DNA of 64,000 bases from contig JAPMXV010000056.1 of assembly GCA_026936335.1 (NCBI GenBank), forward strand, positions 62,001 to 126,000, given 5' to 3'. The notes below the pieces were generated by a model. That model searched no databases. It saw only the letters and a program-made list of their open reading frames with translations, and was not told where the DNA came from. The position numbers and the translations under genes were made by a program. This DNA comes from Mantamonas sphyraenae STR306 (Eukaryota > Protista > CRuMs). Below, piece by piece: positions 51,837 to 64,000 of this stretch (the stretch's first letter is position 1; each line of letters begins with the position of its first letter).

Positions 51837-54577
51837 TCTCCGGCACCACCACCAGCCAGGAACAATCCCAGAAATCAGCATCCGAGGCCGGGGAACAAGT
51901 TGCAGACGGCGTTGTTCTCGCGCTGAGCCATTTCCGCTTTCAGGGGCGCCAGCACAGGCAGGTGTGGACGTCGTTGCTACAGCAGATTCAAGAGAGAGGC
52001 ATCCCATTGTTATCGTTGCAACTCAAGGACAATTCGATCAGCAACGACATCCTTCTGCTGATGACGGAGCGCGTGGAGCTGCATCGAAACCTGCACGTGT
52101 TGGATCTGAGCGACAATGCTCTGGACCAGGGCTGTGTTGGCAGCATTGCACGCATTCTGGGGCGTTGCACGCGTGTGCGCTCCCTCGATCTCAGCGGCAA
52201 CCAACTGGGATCCGAGGGAGTCATGCATCTGCTCGAGTGTCTTCATCAGTGTCCCGAGCTGCATGAACTGCACGTGCGAGACGTGGGAATGGACAACAAC
52301 GCTCTGGACATGCTCGTGCAGGCCATGCAGCATCGCGAGCAGACGTCATTGCTGGATTTCGGTTCCGCACGAGAACGCCCCGCGCACGCCTTCCCACCCA
52401 ACCTCAGCCATCTGGACATTTCCGACAATCGATTCACACGCTGGCAGGTGCACTCCTTTCTGCGTGCGCTGTGTACGCTCGGAGCAGAGGTGCCTCTGCG
52501 TCACGTCGAGTTTGCTGATTGCAAGCTGGTCGAACTCAATCTGCTTGCTGTTGTGGGAGAGGCTGGGCCCTTGCGACTGACCCACCTCAACCTTGCGTTC
52601 AATCCTCTTAGCGAAGCCACTCTGGTCAGCATTGCTCAGACCCTTGACCAACAGGCGTGTGCTGTGTGCCATCTGGACATCCGTGGTTGCCGCCTCACCG
52701 ATTCGGCCGCCGTCATGTTTGGCCATGTGCTGCAATCCCGTGACTTGCATTTGAGTCACCACGAGTTTTCCAGCGACGATCTGCGTCTGTTGTACGAAGC
52801 CAGCAACGGCAATACGTTCGCTGTGCACAGTCTGCTTGGGCGCGGTGCCAACCCGTGCGCAGCCACCACACATGTCGACTCGGCCATCCTGTGTGCCCTC
52901 CGACACCACCACGACGTGCTTGCCTGCGAGCTGATCGAACACAGCGTGACCAAGGGCCTGTCGGAGCAGGCGGATGCTTACCAGTGGTTCCTCACAGCTT
53001 GCATGGAAGGCCAGCTCGGCGTCATCGAAACCCTCGCTGCCGACGTGCGTCTCAACATCGACCTGGACTATCAGCAGTCTCACGACGGTGGCACTGCCCT
53101 GTACATTGCCGTGCAGCAGGAAAACACCGAGGTGGTGCAGTACCTGCTTGCACGCGGCGTCGCAGTCAATCTTGCACGCACCAACGGCTGGAATGCCCTC
53201 CTGGCTGCAGTCCACTTGGGGAACCTGTCCATGGTGCGCAGTCTCCTGCAGGCCGGTGCCAATCCAAACTTTTGCGCGGCGCCACGCACCATCGACCATC
53301 CCGTGTACATGGCTGTGCAGGCCAATCGTAGCGACATAGTTCGCGAGCTGCTGCAGCACGGTGCACACGTGGACATGGTCTGCGAACAGGACTGGACTCC
53401 TCTGCTAAAGGCGGCCAAGCAGGGGTCGGTGGAATGTGTGCGGCTGTTGATGGAGTACGGCGCCAGCGTGGAGTCCACAAAGGTGGACACGGGATCCACC
53501 CCTCTGTACATGGCTGTACAAAACAACCACTACGAAGTGGCCCATTTGCTCCTGTCCAGCGGCGCCAATGCGAATGCCGTCCGCGACGAAGGGTGGACGC
53601 CGCTGATCAAGGCTGCACGTGAAGGGTACACCCGCATGTGTGAGCTGCTGCTGGACCACCAGGCAGACGTCAACGCCTGCAAGGACAACGGTTCCACGGC
53701 CCTGTACAACGCAGTGCAAAAGGCGCAGATGGATACCGTGGCGTTGCTGCTCGATCGTGGCGCTGACGTGGAGATGGTGCGCTTTGATGGCTGGAACGCT
53801 CTGTGCAAGGCATGTCACGACGGAAACAGCGAATTGGTGCGCATGCTGCTGGAGCATGGCGCAAATGTCAACTGCATCAAGCAGTACACAAGCTCGTCCC
53901 CGCTGTACATTGCCGTACAGCACAACCATTATGAGACGGCGCGTGTGCTGTTGGAGCACGGCGCGGATGTCAACCTGGCGCGTGGCGACAGTTGGAATCC
54001 GCTGCTGAAAGCGTGTCGCGAGGGGTACGCAGACATGGTCGAGTTGCTGCTGCGGTGGGGGGCTGACATCACACACGGCAAGTCGGACACAAACTCGTCG
54101 GCGTTGTACATTGCGTCGCAGTCGTGCAATGTGCAGGTTGTACGTGTGCTGCTTGAGTACGGTGCTGACGTGGACGTGGTGCGCGACGACGGATGGACGC
54201 CCCTGATCAAAGTTGCCCGTGAAGGCTTCACCGAGTTGGCCACACTGCTCCTGGAGAAGGGCGCCGATGTGAACCGTACCAAGGTGAACAACTCTTCGGC
54301 GTTGTACAACGCCACACAGCGCAACCGTGTGGACATGGTGGAGTTACTGCTTCGGCACGGAGCCAACCCAAACCTGGTGCGCAACGACGGCTGGTCGCCC
54401 TTGCTCAAAGCCAGCCGCGAGGGATTTGTGGAGATTGTGGACATGCTCGTGGCACACGGGGCAGACGCACACGCTCTGGTGGAAATCCACGGGCAAGCGG
54501 CGAGCCCGCTGTCGTTGGCCGAGGAGTTGGGACGCGTGGAGGTGGCCACGACACTATTGGAACACGTGTGGGACTGA
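48966..54577 (+). CDS. Large protein with a degenerate Clu-like N-terminus, RI-type LRRs and about 16 ankyrin repeats
   Basis: Intron 49682-49770 (GTATGT...CAG) joins the two ORFs in phase 2. LRRs L.VLDLSDN.L; alternating GSTPLY.A / GWTPL.KA ankyrin repeats. Confidence 0.85.
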
Positions 54578-54661
54578 AACATGCTGCCAAGCAAGCAAGG
54601 AAACAGGGGAAGCTGTGGAAAAATGCAATGAGTGTGAATTGAGGATTTCAGCATGAGCACA

Positions 54662-57321
54662 CTACAGGCTGTTGTTGTTTGCGTTGTGCTGGTTCCACAT
54701 TTGGGCGGACGTCTTGGCGTTGATCTGGTGTTGCTGTTGGTTCATCAGCTCGAGAAAGCGCATGGTGTTAAGTTCACTGCTGTTGAGGTTGTTGCCACTG
54801 GATTGGTTTGTGTTTGTGACACTGTTGTTGAAATTTCCATTCGACATGGAGCTGCTGTTGTTGCCGTTGTGCTGGGGATTTGCAGAAGCACTGTTCATGT
54901 GTGCTCCCGCGTTGTTGTTGTTCATGAAAGAGCTGAGGGAGGGGATTTGGTTCGTGCCAAAGGCCATGCCGGGCAGATAATTGCCTGCGTTCTGCCCACC
55001 GTACATGTGCATGTTACCCTGGTTGGACATGTTCAGCATCGGCATCATGCCATTCATGCCCTGAAATTGTTGGAGCGAGTTCATGTTGCCAAAGCTGTAC
55101 ATGCCCCACTGGTCTCCGACAACACCCGATTGGTTTTGCAGCGTGCCGTATCCCATGCCGCTGCTGCCCACTTCGTTAAACTTGTTCGGCGATTCCCCAT
55201 CGTCGATCTGGATACCGCTCATGATGTTGGAGCCTTCATCCCACTGCTCACGGCCAGCCGTGTGAAGCTTGCCGTCAATCATCACGCGCACATTCATCTT
55301 GGGTGCGCCGTTGTCATCGTTGCGGGTCCCGGAGTATGTAGAGGAGCCATGAGAAGAGGAGGAGGAAGAGGAGGAGGAGGATGTTCTCGATGTTGATGTT
55401 GAAGATGAGTGTCCTGTGAGTGTGAGTGTGCGAGTGTGAGGAGTGTGAGCGAAAAGCGCGCCTTCCGCCGCGGCGTGCGTGAGCTTTCGTCTGTGGGCCA
55501 CACTTACTGTTGTACTTGCGTTTCTTCTTGTCACGTGCCTTGGTCACACGAAAGTAGTGTGATCGGCATTGGATGTCCGAGCGGTCCTTCATGTGCGTAG
55601 CGATCTGGGCCCACGCGTGCTCGCCATACTGCTCGACCAAACTCTGCAATGTCTCGTCCTCGTCTTTTGTCCAACGGCCCTTTTTCAGGGTCGGGTTCAG
55701 CACACGGTTCCTGTGTGGGCGGCGTCACGGTCTGTGGTGTGAGCAACACCGAAAGGCAGAATCGTTTTGCGCAGCCTTTTCTCATGTCACGATTCGCAAG
55801 TAGCCTGTTCGTGTGCTGGCCAACTATGCGTACAGCCATTGCACAAGCTTGGCGAAGCACAGCTTACCATCTTTGGGACACCTGGCTGCCTGTCCGAAGC
55901 CCGTTAAACTCTCGCGACACTGCAACCCAATCCGTGCCGTGCTGTGCGGTGCACGTGTGTGGGCGGTGTGGCAGTTTGTGCGCAGAGCACACAAAGTAGG
56001 TGGAATGAGTGAGTGTGAGCAGGTAGCGAGAAGGGGCGTGCGGGGTTGGAAAATTGATCCGTGCGCAGTTCAACTCCACGCGGCGGAAAAGGCTATGTCC
56101 ATACCTTGGCCACCGCTTCTTTGAGCTTGTCGTCCTCATCCTGTGGTGCGCGTGGTCGGCGGAAGTGTCACATATGGTCAAGGCACCGGTGTAAGAGGGG
56201 GTATCGACCACAAAAGGCATTCGCTGCGAATCTGAGACTCGCAGATTCGACGCCGAGGCGCAAAGTTCCCGGGAAAAAGCTGCGTGCATGGTTGTTGCCA
56301 CCATGTTTTTCACTGTGACACCTCTCTGTGACCATGTTTCCCCATGTACGCTCTGCCAAGGGATTCCGCTTTACATCAGGTCGGTTCCTGGCGAAGTGCG
56401 CGTTTCCGGGCCAGCTGGTGCCCGAGAATCGGCCTTGCAGAGTACTCAGGAACGACCCCGAAAAAAAGGCCGCCTCCTGTGTGTCAACCAGTCAAACGAG
56501 GCATTGCATGCACCAGCTGGCCCTCACACGGGGAAAACATATTCAGAGACGCTTATGGGTGGAGAGGGCGCGGTACGGTGCACAACACACGCCAGGGAGG
56601 GGCGTTTTCGTCACTCCGCGGGCTGGTCCCGCGAAGAAAATGCCCTCGCGGAGGAAAGAGGCCTTTCCGTTCGCATTGTGCTGCTTACCTTTGTCCAATA
56701 CTGCTTGCCATTGAGCATACCCTTTTCCACGCTGCAGTACACACTCGGTTGGCTTTCTGCGATCATCTCTGTGGGCAGCGGTGGAGCGGAGGTCTTCGAA
56801 CGCCGTTTCGTTTTGCGTCGCCCGTTCGCTCGCCCGCCGCTGCTTCGCTCCTCCTCGTATGCATTCGACCTCCGTGTCCGTTGGCGCTTCCTGTCCGCCC
56901 TTCGATCGTACAGCTGGTCGCCAGGCACTTCGTAGTCCCCTTCTTCGACGCCAAAGTTACCCTCGGGCACCCCGTACTCAAAGTTGTACTCAAACTCGCT
57001 GAACCCTCGCTTGTGCCCCTTGCCATCCGCTTCCCGCCCATCGTCTACGCCCGCGCCCTCTTGTGGGTCTTGTGGCCTCTGTGTGCCACCTTGGCGTCTT
57101 CCACGTTGTCCAACGTCGTTCGCCCCGGCTTGGGCGTACTCCGCGTTGCCCTTGCCTTCGGCGAACCCAAACAGGCCTGATCCGTCCCCAAAGCCCGCCT
57201 CGTCCTGTTCATACCTATCCGGGGACAGCTTGATGGACGTCAGCCCCGGGAACAACTCGTCTTCGTCGTGGTGCTTCTGCTCCATTTGCTCTGCACCACC
57301 GGGCGCATCGTCCGCGATCAT
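54662..57321 (-). CDS. Two-repeat Myb transcription factor with an N/M/Q-rich C-terminus
   Basis: Spliced YWTK|DEDDKLKEAVAK|HGTDWVAVS...RTGSQVSQRW|NRVLNP.LKKGRWTKDEDE...AWAQIA..MKDRSDIQCR. Introns 56688-56141, 56104-55942, 55867-55711 and 55507-55414. Confidence 0.88.
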
Positions 57322-57409
57322 GGACTACGAATCCCAAGCAGACGTACAGGTTCCATTGCAAGCGTCATTCACACTGTCACATCACCCCCTCCCTTCTCTC
57401 TCTTCTCTC

Positions 57410-60400
57410 TCACAGCTCAAACAGCGGCGCCAGGCTGACGAGCGAATACTTGCTCTTGGCAATCATGTTGCTGGCGGCGTTGCGCAGGGCCACAAACACC
57501 TCCTCGTCGTTGGGGTTGACAAAACAGTCGTTGAGAGTATCCCTGCCCTTGTCGCTGCGCGCACGTTCCATGTCAAACAGATACTTGTGATAGAGCATCT
57601 GGTTGTACAGCTGAGTGGAGGTGTACAGCGGCACCATGGTACCGTTGCACCCAGCCTGCAGGCACATACCTCCGCCTCGCAGCGTCGACAGCTGTCGTGT
57701 CACGTTGCCGCATGTGCTGTCGTCGCACTTGCTCTCAGCCCGGTAGAATCGACGCGTGCACTCGCGGCCGACGCTGCGAACGCGGTTCCACACCTCACGC
57801 TGGTCGTACATCTGTGCACATCGAGCACAACGCATGCCGTTGCGCGGCTGTCCGCTTGCATTCACGGCACACACGCCTTGGAGTGCCTCCGAGAAGCCGC
57901 AGTTGCGGCACTTGACCATGATCTTTTCGCAGGCCCGGAATGCCTCTGCGGCACCCTGCGTGTGCACAGACACAAACTCAGCTTCGTCGTCATCGCCGTC
58001 GCCGCCGCCGCTGCGTACCACCTCTGTGTACTTGCTCGAGTCAAGGCCCAGGCAATCGGCAAGCTGGGCCTGATCTGTCCCTTGGATCACCGCACACAGG
58101 CGCGACACAGGTGGCAGCACCTGATTGGCCAGGTACCACTCATAATCCAGCTGCAGCTCGCCCTCGCTGTCGCGCACCTTGGTCGGATGCACGGAGCGCT
58201 CTGCAATCTGCGATGACTCGCCCGTAACCACCACATACTCGATGACATCGCCCACACGCACGGGCTTGCCCTCGCGCATGAGTGCCTTGGCCACAGCCAG
58301 GTGAGGCAGAGACTTGCCTGCGTCTGCGTACGCCTCCACCGCCTTGGTCAAACTCTTTTTGATGACAAACTTGCCCAGAGGCACGCTGTGGGCTTTGCCC
58401 ACGTCGTCACCCACCTGTCGAAGGAAGGCATGGATGCTTTCCACGATATCCTCCCTCGTGGCGCCGCTCAGCAGCACTTTCAGGCAATGGTTGCTCACAT
58501 CCTTGCTCAGGTCACACCAGTCACGGCGCACACTGTCGATTCCCTTCATCTCCGTGCTCACCCTACCCTGGCTGTCCTCCACCAGTGCCGCGTACTTCTT
58601 CTTGCGCAGCAACAGCATGCACTTGTACATGCCGTCGATCTCGATTTCCAGTTTGCGGTAGCGCTGGTTGACCACCTGCTTGACCATCTCGCCGATGCGG
58701 TACACCTCGCTCTTGTCCGTCGTCTTTGTATCCACCATGATCGAGTCTGTGTCACCGTAGATGACGTCCAAGGAAAGCTGGTCCGTGGCCACGTCCACGG
58801 TGGCCTGCAGGATCTCGCGGCCCTTGCTTGTGATCAGCGACGCGAGTGAAGGCGCGTAGAAGCGCGAATGCGTGAAACCCAAGCAACCATACATGCTGTT
58901 GGCCGTCAACTTGAGAGCACGCGAGCGGATGTCGTACTGTTGAAGCAACCCAGCGTCGGGCGAGCTGTTCTTCTTTTCCGACTTGATCATGCCCTTGACC
59001 ACCTTTCGCCTGTCGATGAGCGTCTTGAGCACTGTGGGCAGCACACCCTGCTCCAATTCCTTGGGCGGCACGTCTGCCATGGGCACGTCTCCGTCTGCTC
59101 CTGCCTGCGGCCGCTCCACTGTCGTGAAATCGATGTTGTACTCCTGGATAATGGACGGGTACAGGCTGTTGAAATCCAAAAGCAGCACATACGTGTCGTA
59201 CAGGCCTGCCTTGGGCTCCAGCACAAGACCACCCATGTACTTGGGCTTGCGGCGCGACGATGTCGGCGCAGCCTGTGTGTCCAAGTCCATGTTGTCGTTT
59301 GCGTCCGTGTTGGAGGAGGACGACGATGCGGCTGCGGCCGCTGCCTCCTCCTCTCGCTTCTTGTCCAGCCACGTGATCTTGTCGGGTTTGACGTAGCCCA
59401 AGCGATGAAACTCGTGGAGGAGGAGAAACTCGTTGCGCTCTGCACGGCCACCGGTGAGGGTGCGGCCCCACAGGTTGCCCGCAAGGCATGTGAGCTGATG
59501 GGTGAGGGGCACGATCTGCAGCTTGAACATGAGTTCGAGGGAGAGAAAGGCAAAGTTCTGCGTGCAGGCAATGAGATACATGAGGTCGTTGGCGCTGTTG
59601 AAAGAGTCGACAACGCGGTCCGAGTCGATTTCGATACGCTTGTGCTTGGGCAGCTGCGACTTGGTGAGCGCGGTGAGGGTGTACTGCGTCTGGCGGATGA
59701 GATCGCGCGCCTGCAGGTAGGTGTCGACAATGAGACGTCCGCTCATGATGGCGCGCTCGGCGTAGGTCGAGTCTGTGGTTCCACCGGCGCCCTTTTGCAT
59801 CTTGGGGAAGTGGCTGCGGTTGAGGCGGCCCAGCTTGCTCCATCCGTGGACGTTGAGCATTTGCATGCGGTGGAGCAGCACGTCGAGGTCAAATCCGATA
59901 AAGTTGTGCCCGACAATGACATCCGGGTCGGTGCGGTGGATCTTGGCCATGAGCAGGTTGAGCAGCTCGCGCTCGGAGCCGCACATGTCCAGATTGATGC
60001 GTGCTGCATTGGCGCGCTCACGAAACTTGACGGGAAACACAGAGTCGAGCCTGCGGACTGCGTTGAACTCCTCGTAGTTGGAGCTGGGGTCTGGGGTGGG
60101 TCCGTCGGTGACGACATTGCGGTGCACAATGGCCGAGAAGGAGACGACGTCGTTGGTGCGTGTCTTGTGGTTCATGATGGTCTTGACGTGGAGGCTCATG
60201 ACCACGAGGTGGGGTGCGGCCTGTTGCTGCTCGCAGACCGAGAGGCTGGCAGGCGTGTCGACGGCAAGGTGGTGGCGGCACCACGACTGGTTGCGGCTCA
60301 TGACGGTGGCGTTGTCCACACGCAGCCAGCAGGGGCCCTTGATCTGCCTGCCCAGAAGGAGCAGCTCGAGGGTGTTTGTGTTTGTGCCAAACACGCGGGA

Positions 60401-62629
60401 GAACGTGTTGCCCTGTGTCAGACGGGGCATGGTGCGGTCGCCTGCGCTGTGCACGATTTCCAGGTACTCGCTCTCGGCAGGGACGTCGCGCTCCTCAAAC
60501 GCATACTTCATGGTGACCCAGCGGGATTTGTACCTGCGGATGTGGTACTTCTCGAGCAGGTCCTCGACCTCGTCGAGCATCTCCTCCTTGTCCTCGTCGC
60601 TGAGGGGCGCGTCTTGCTTGCGCGGCAGGAAGTGAAGTTCGCGCTCGATGTTGTTGACGGTGATACACGTGCTGACGTGCTGCTTGCGCTCGGCCACCCA
60701 CACCTTGCCAAACAGATACACGGTGGACGTGTTGCCAAAGTTGCGCCCTCCCTGCGTGGGCTGTTCGCACGCGTCGAGCATGTAAAACAGCACACTTCCA
60801 TCCTCCTCCTCCATGCTGGTCTTGCCCAGCTCCTGCGAGCCGGTCTTGGGCGAATCGTTGTCCTGCGACGACGACGCGTTGCCTCCAAACGAGGTAAACG
60901 TGCCTGCATCCAGACTAAAGTTGGCTGCAGCCGACGAGCCTGCGCCAGAGGCGGACGACGAGCTGCTGCTTGCCGCCGCAGACGACGAGGACGACGACGA
61001 GGACGCTGCAGACGGCGGGTTGTTGGCACGCGTCTGGTACACCATCCAGCTGGGCACCTTTTTCTTGCCCTTGTCATCACGTGACAGATCAGAGCCGGAA
61101 GCAGATGAAGCTGCCTGCAGCGAGCGTTGCAGATCCATCTGCAGCTGTTTCTTGACGGCATCCTCCTTTGTTTCAACCTGCATGCCCGTTTGCGTGTGTT
61201 CGTCGTCAGCGTCGGCCTTTGTCGCTTCCTTTGCGTGTGCACTGGGTGTCGAATCGTGTTCCTGCTCCATGGAGTCGGCATCATCCGTGTGTTGGCTCTT
61301 GCTTGTGGTGCGAGGCGGGCTGGAGACGTCGACCACGTCGGTGTCGCCCTCCTCAATAGCGTCACGTTCGTCGAGGCTAGGGGCAGCTGTGTTCTTGGCC
61401 ACAGGTGCCTGCGGCGGCGGTTCACTGTACGGATCAAGCTTGTGGCGGCGCTCGGTGATGCGTACGGTGGAGCCCGTGGGCGGCAGGAGGTCGGGCACGT
61501 AGGCGTCATTGCTGTCGCCGGAATCCTTGCTGTTGGACGTTTCGAGGGCACTGAGCTCGAGGTCGACGTCGAGGCGTTGCTTCTTGGACGAGGGCGTGCG
61601 CACGGGAGCACGCTTCTTGCGGCTGCCTGCATCGCCCGAGTTGAAGCTGGCCAGCATGTCGTCCAGGTCGATCTCGGCCTTGCGAGCACGAGCCTTGGTG
61701 GTGGGACCTCCCATTCGGCTTGTGGCAGCGCTTGCTGCAAACATGGCCGACACGCGCTCGCGCGGATCCACCAGCTCGGGTTCATCCTCAACAGCCTGCT
61801 TGCGTCCACCACGGCGCTTCGTTTTGGTGCCTGCATTGGCGGGGAGGACACGTGTGAGACATTCGCGCTGGTGGTGGCTCATGCATGTGCAGATGGGAGC
61901 GAGGACGTGGCGTACGGCGTGCCATTTTCAGATCGGCCCTTTGCTGATCATCACTCTCGCCAAACTCACCTCGGTTCTTGCGCTTGCGAGGCACTTCAAA
62001 CTCCTCGTAGTCGTATCCGTAGCCATAGTCGAGCTCTCCACCGTGGTCGACGTATCCCGAAGCTGGTGTGCGTATGTGTGTGTGTGTGCGTGGCAATGGC
62101 CAGGTGTCAGCGCGGTGATCAGCAACACTCGGGGTGGTCTCTTTTTTTTGGCGCCAAAATGGCGCGAAAACACAAGCGGGGTTCCCGTGTGCATGAAACA
62201 GGGATGCGGGGACGACATACCTCCACCCTCGTCGTCGACAACAAAGTCATCTTCCTCCATGTGTTCGTTGACGATCTTTGTGTATGTGGCTTCGTCGTAC
62301 TCGTCGTAGATGCGTGCGCCGTCGTCGTCGTCGTCGGCGAGTGCGTGGGAGCGGGACACGCCACTCTCACGCTGTGCACGCAGGTCGTCGAGGGCACTCT
62401 TCTTCTTGCGTCCACGTGCACGGCTGCTGCGGCCACCTTCGATGACGTTGCCCAGATCCAGGCCCTCGGCCTCAATGTCGATTGTTTCCTCTTCCTCGTC
62501 CTCCTCGAGCGCCCGCTTCTTCTTGCGATCCTTCTTGCTGGAGCTGCCTCCATCCTCGCTTGCCTCCTTGTGGGCGGCAATCTCCTCTTCGTCCATTTCG
62601 TCGTCGAAAAGGTCTTCGTCCGATGGCAT
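57410..62629 (-). CDS. POLA1: DNA polymerase alpha catalytic subunit
   Basis: Family B motifs LDFNSLYPSIIQEYN, LKLTANSMYGCLG and YGDTDS; N-terminal DFVVDDEG; C-terminal Cys zinc finger. Introns 62220-62063 and 61969-61831. Confidence 0.97.
62146..62170. promoter_or_regulatory. Clustered E2F-type sites in POLA1 intron 1
   Basis: Palindrome TTTTGGCGCCAAAA immediately followed by TGGCGCGAAAA (TTTTCGCGCCA on the minus strand). Confidence 0.65.
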
Positions 62630-62854
62630 GGTTGTCGCTGGAATTTGGGTGGTTGACCCGGCGGGGTGGTTGTGATGGAGATGAGAATGCGTGGGAAACA
62701 GGTGTGGGAGTTGGGGCAGCGGGGTCATGGAAGATGTGCTTGGTTCATTGGGGGATTTTGCGCCAGAGGATGTGTGCTGCTGGTCGGTCAGCAAAACAAA
62801 AAGCAAAAAGACCGCTGGGCGCTGGCTGTGCCGCTGTTGCTCGTGGACGTTCGC

Positions 62855-63957
62855 TCACAGCAGCACACATCCGTCGTCGGAGCCCTTTTGCGGGTTCTCT
62901 CCCTTGTCGACGGACTTGATGAGGGCTGTAAACACCTCGTTGACGTTGTCGTTGTGCTTGGCAGAGGTTTCAAAAAACTGGCTCCCCCAGCTCTGAGCCA
63001 GTTCTTCTCCCTCCTCAGTGGACACTTGCCTCATGTTGGAGCCATCCAGATCACTCTTGGTGGCCACGAGCACGACGACGGGCACTGTGCCCGTCAGATC
63101 CAGCAACTTGTCATAAATATTCTGCACCCTGCAGACAAACGGGTACGATGGAGAGAGGTGCAAGCGGCAGGGAGGCGCTTACCAGAGTCAGCATGTGTGT
63201 GGGTGTTGCGACGAGTGCGTGTGTGTCTGCGTGTGTGTAGGGGAAGGGCAAACGCTGGCGAGCCACGCCGGACCTACGTTTCGAACGACGAGGCGCTTCC
63301 CACGGAGTAGCACAGCATGTAGCCGTGCACCCCGTTGGCATATTTGGTCAGAAAGTTGCTATACTCGTCCTGTGTTGTGGCGTGCGAAACGACAGTGAGT
63401 GTGCGGGCGCGTTTTCCTGTCCTGCGAGAGGAGCCTGGAAGCCGGAAGTCGTTGTGGCTCCCGGTTTCTTAACCGCCGAAAGGGGGCCACACCATGCAGC
63501 GAGCGGGTCTCACGTGGAAACGGAGCGTCGGCCAGACAAGGGCCTTCGATCGCAGACCACCGCATGCAAATCAGATGCGTGTGGTTTCTGCGAACGTGCC
63601 AAGAAGCACGGGCACAAAAACGAGTCGGTGGAAATGGCTAAAACCCGGCACACCGCACCCGGCAACTCACCACGCCCGCCGTGTCCACGATCTCTGTGTC
63701 GTATTCTTCCTTGCCCACAGTGATGGTCTTGTGGTAGATATTCTCCACAGACGGGTTGTATGCATCCACAAAGAACTGACGGGTGGGACCCCCCGTCGTG
63801 CCACAGCGTCAGCAGTGCGTTCCAGGGGCGTTGCCGCACGTCACACCGCACTCTCTTGCCTTACCTGCTCCACAAACTGGATGATCAACGAGCTTTTGCC
63901 CACGCCACGGAATCCCAGCACGGCAAACTTTCTCTTTTTGGTGTGTTTGGAGGACAT
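62855..63957 (-). CDS. RHEB: Rheb-like small GTPase
   Basis: G1 GFRGVGKS with the Rheb-typical Arg, FVDAYNPSVEN, DTAGVDEY, TKSDL, ETSAK and CAAX CVLL. Introns 63864-63776, 63670-63370 and 63277-63129. Confidence 0.85.
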
Positions 63958-64000
63958 GGGAGATGGGAGGAGAGGAGGGAAAGGGTTGGCGAGCCAGTCG

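Noticed and set aside
57410-62629. Family B polymerase as a sign of a virus or Polinton
   Set aside because: It has Pol alpha-specific N-terminal and zinc-finger regions, spliceosomal introns and housekeeping neighbours; no capsid, integrase or terminal repeats.

Overview
Very gene-dense, GC-rich eukaryotic nuclear DNA from an unidentified protist-like organism; I cannot assign the taxon. About 26 protein-coding genes fill the window, with canonical GT-AG introns (mostly 70-330 nt, often with CTGAC/CTAAC/CTCAC branch points) and intergenic gaps often of only 14-100 nt. Recognisable genes: SF3B2, eIF4E, REX1B-like, Fyv7/CCDC59-like, WDR5, MCEE, RluB-type pseudouridine synthase, calponin/transgelin, Eps15-like EH protein, bromodomain protein, ORC3, QNG1/C9orf64, two-repeat Myb, POLA1 and Rheb. 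Most notable: (1) a surface receptor with an integrin-beta I domain, 13 cadherin-like repeats and an integrin-spaced double NPxY-like tail; (2) a pyrophosphatase fused to an apparently inactive FBPase fold; (3) two neighbouring Clu-domain multidomain proteins; (4) an eIF4E whose tail carries four HxRxxS motifs; (5) genes or exons the ORF track misses, namely a 57-aa ATP synthase i/j-like protein with a 21-nt microexon and a TPX2-type Aurora-binding exon; (6) E2F-type sites inside first introns. Seven genes, including ORC3, have a single frame break, most likely assembly indels. I saw no rRNA, tRNA, CRISPR array or transposon. All family assignments come from motif recognition by eye; no searches were run.
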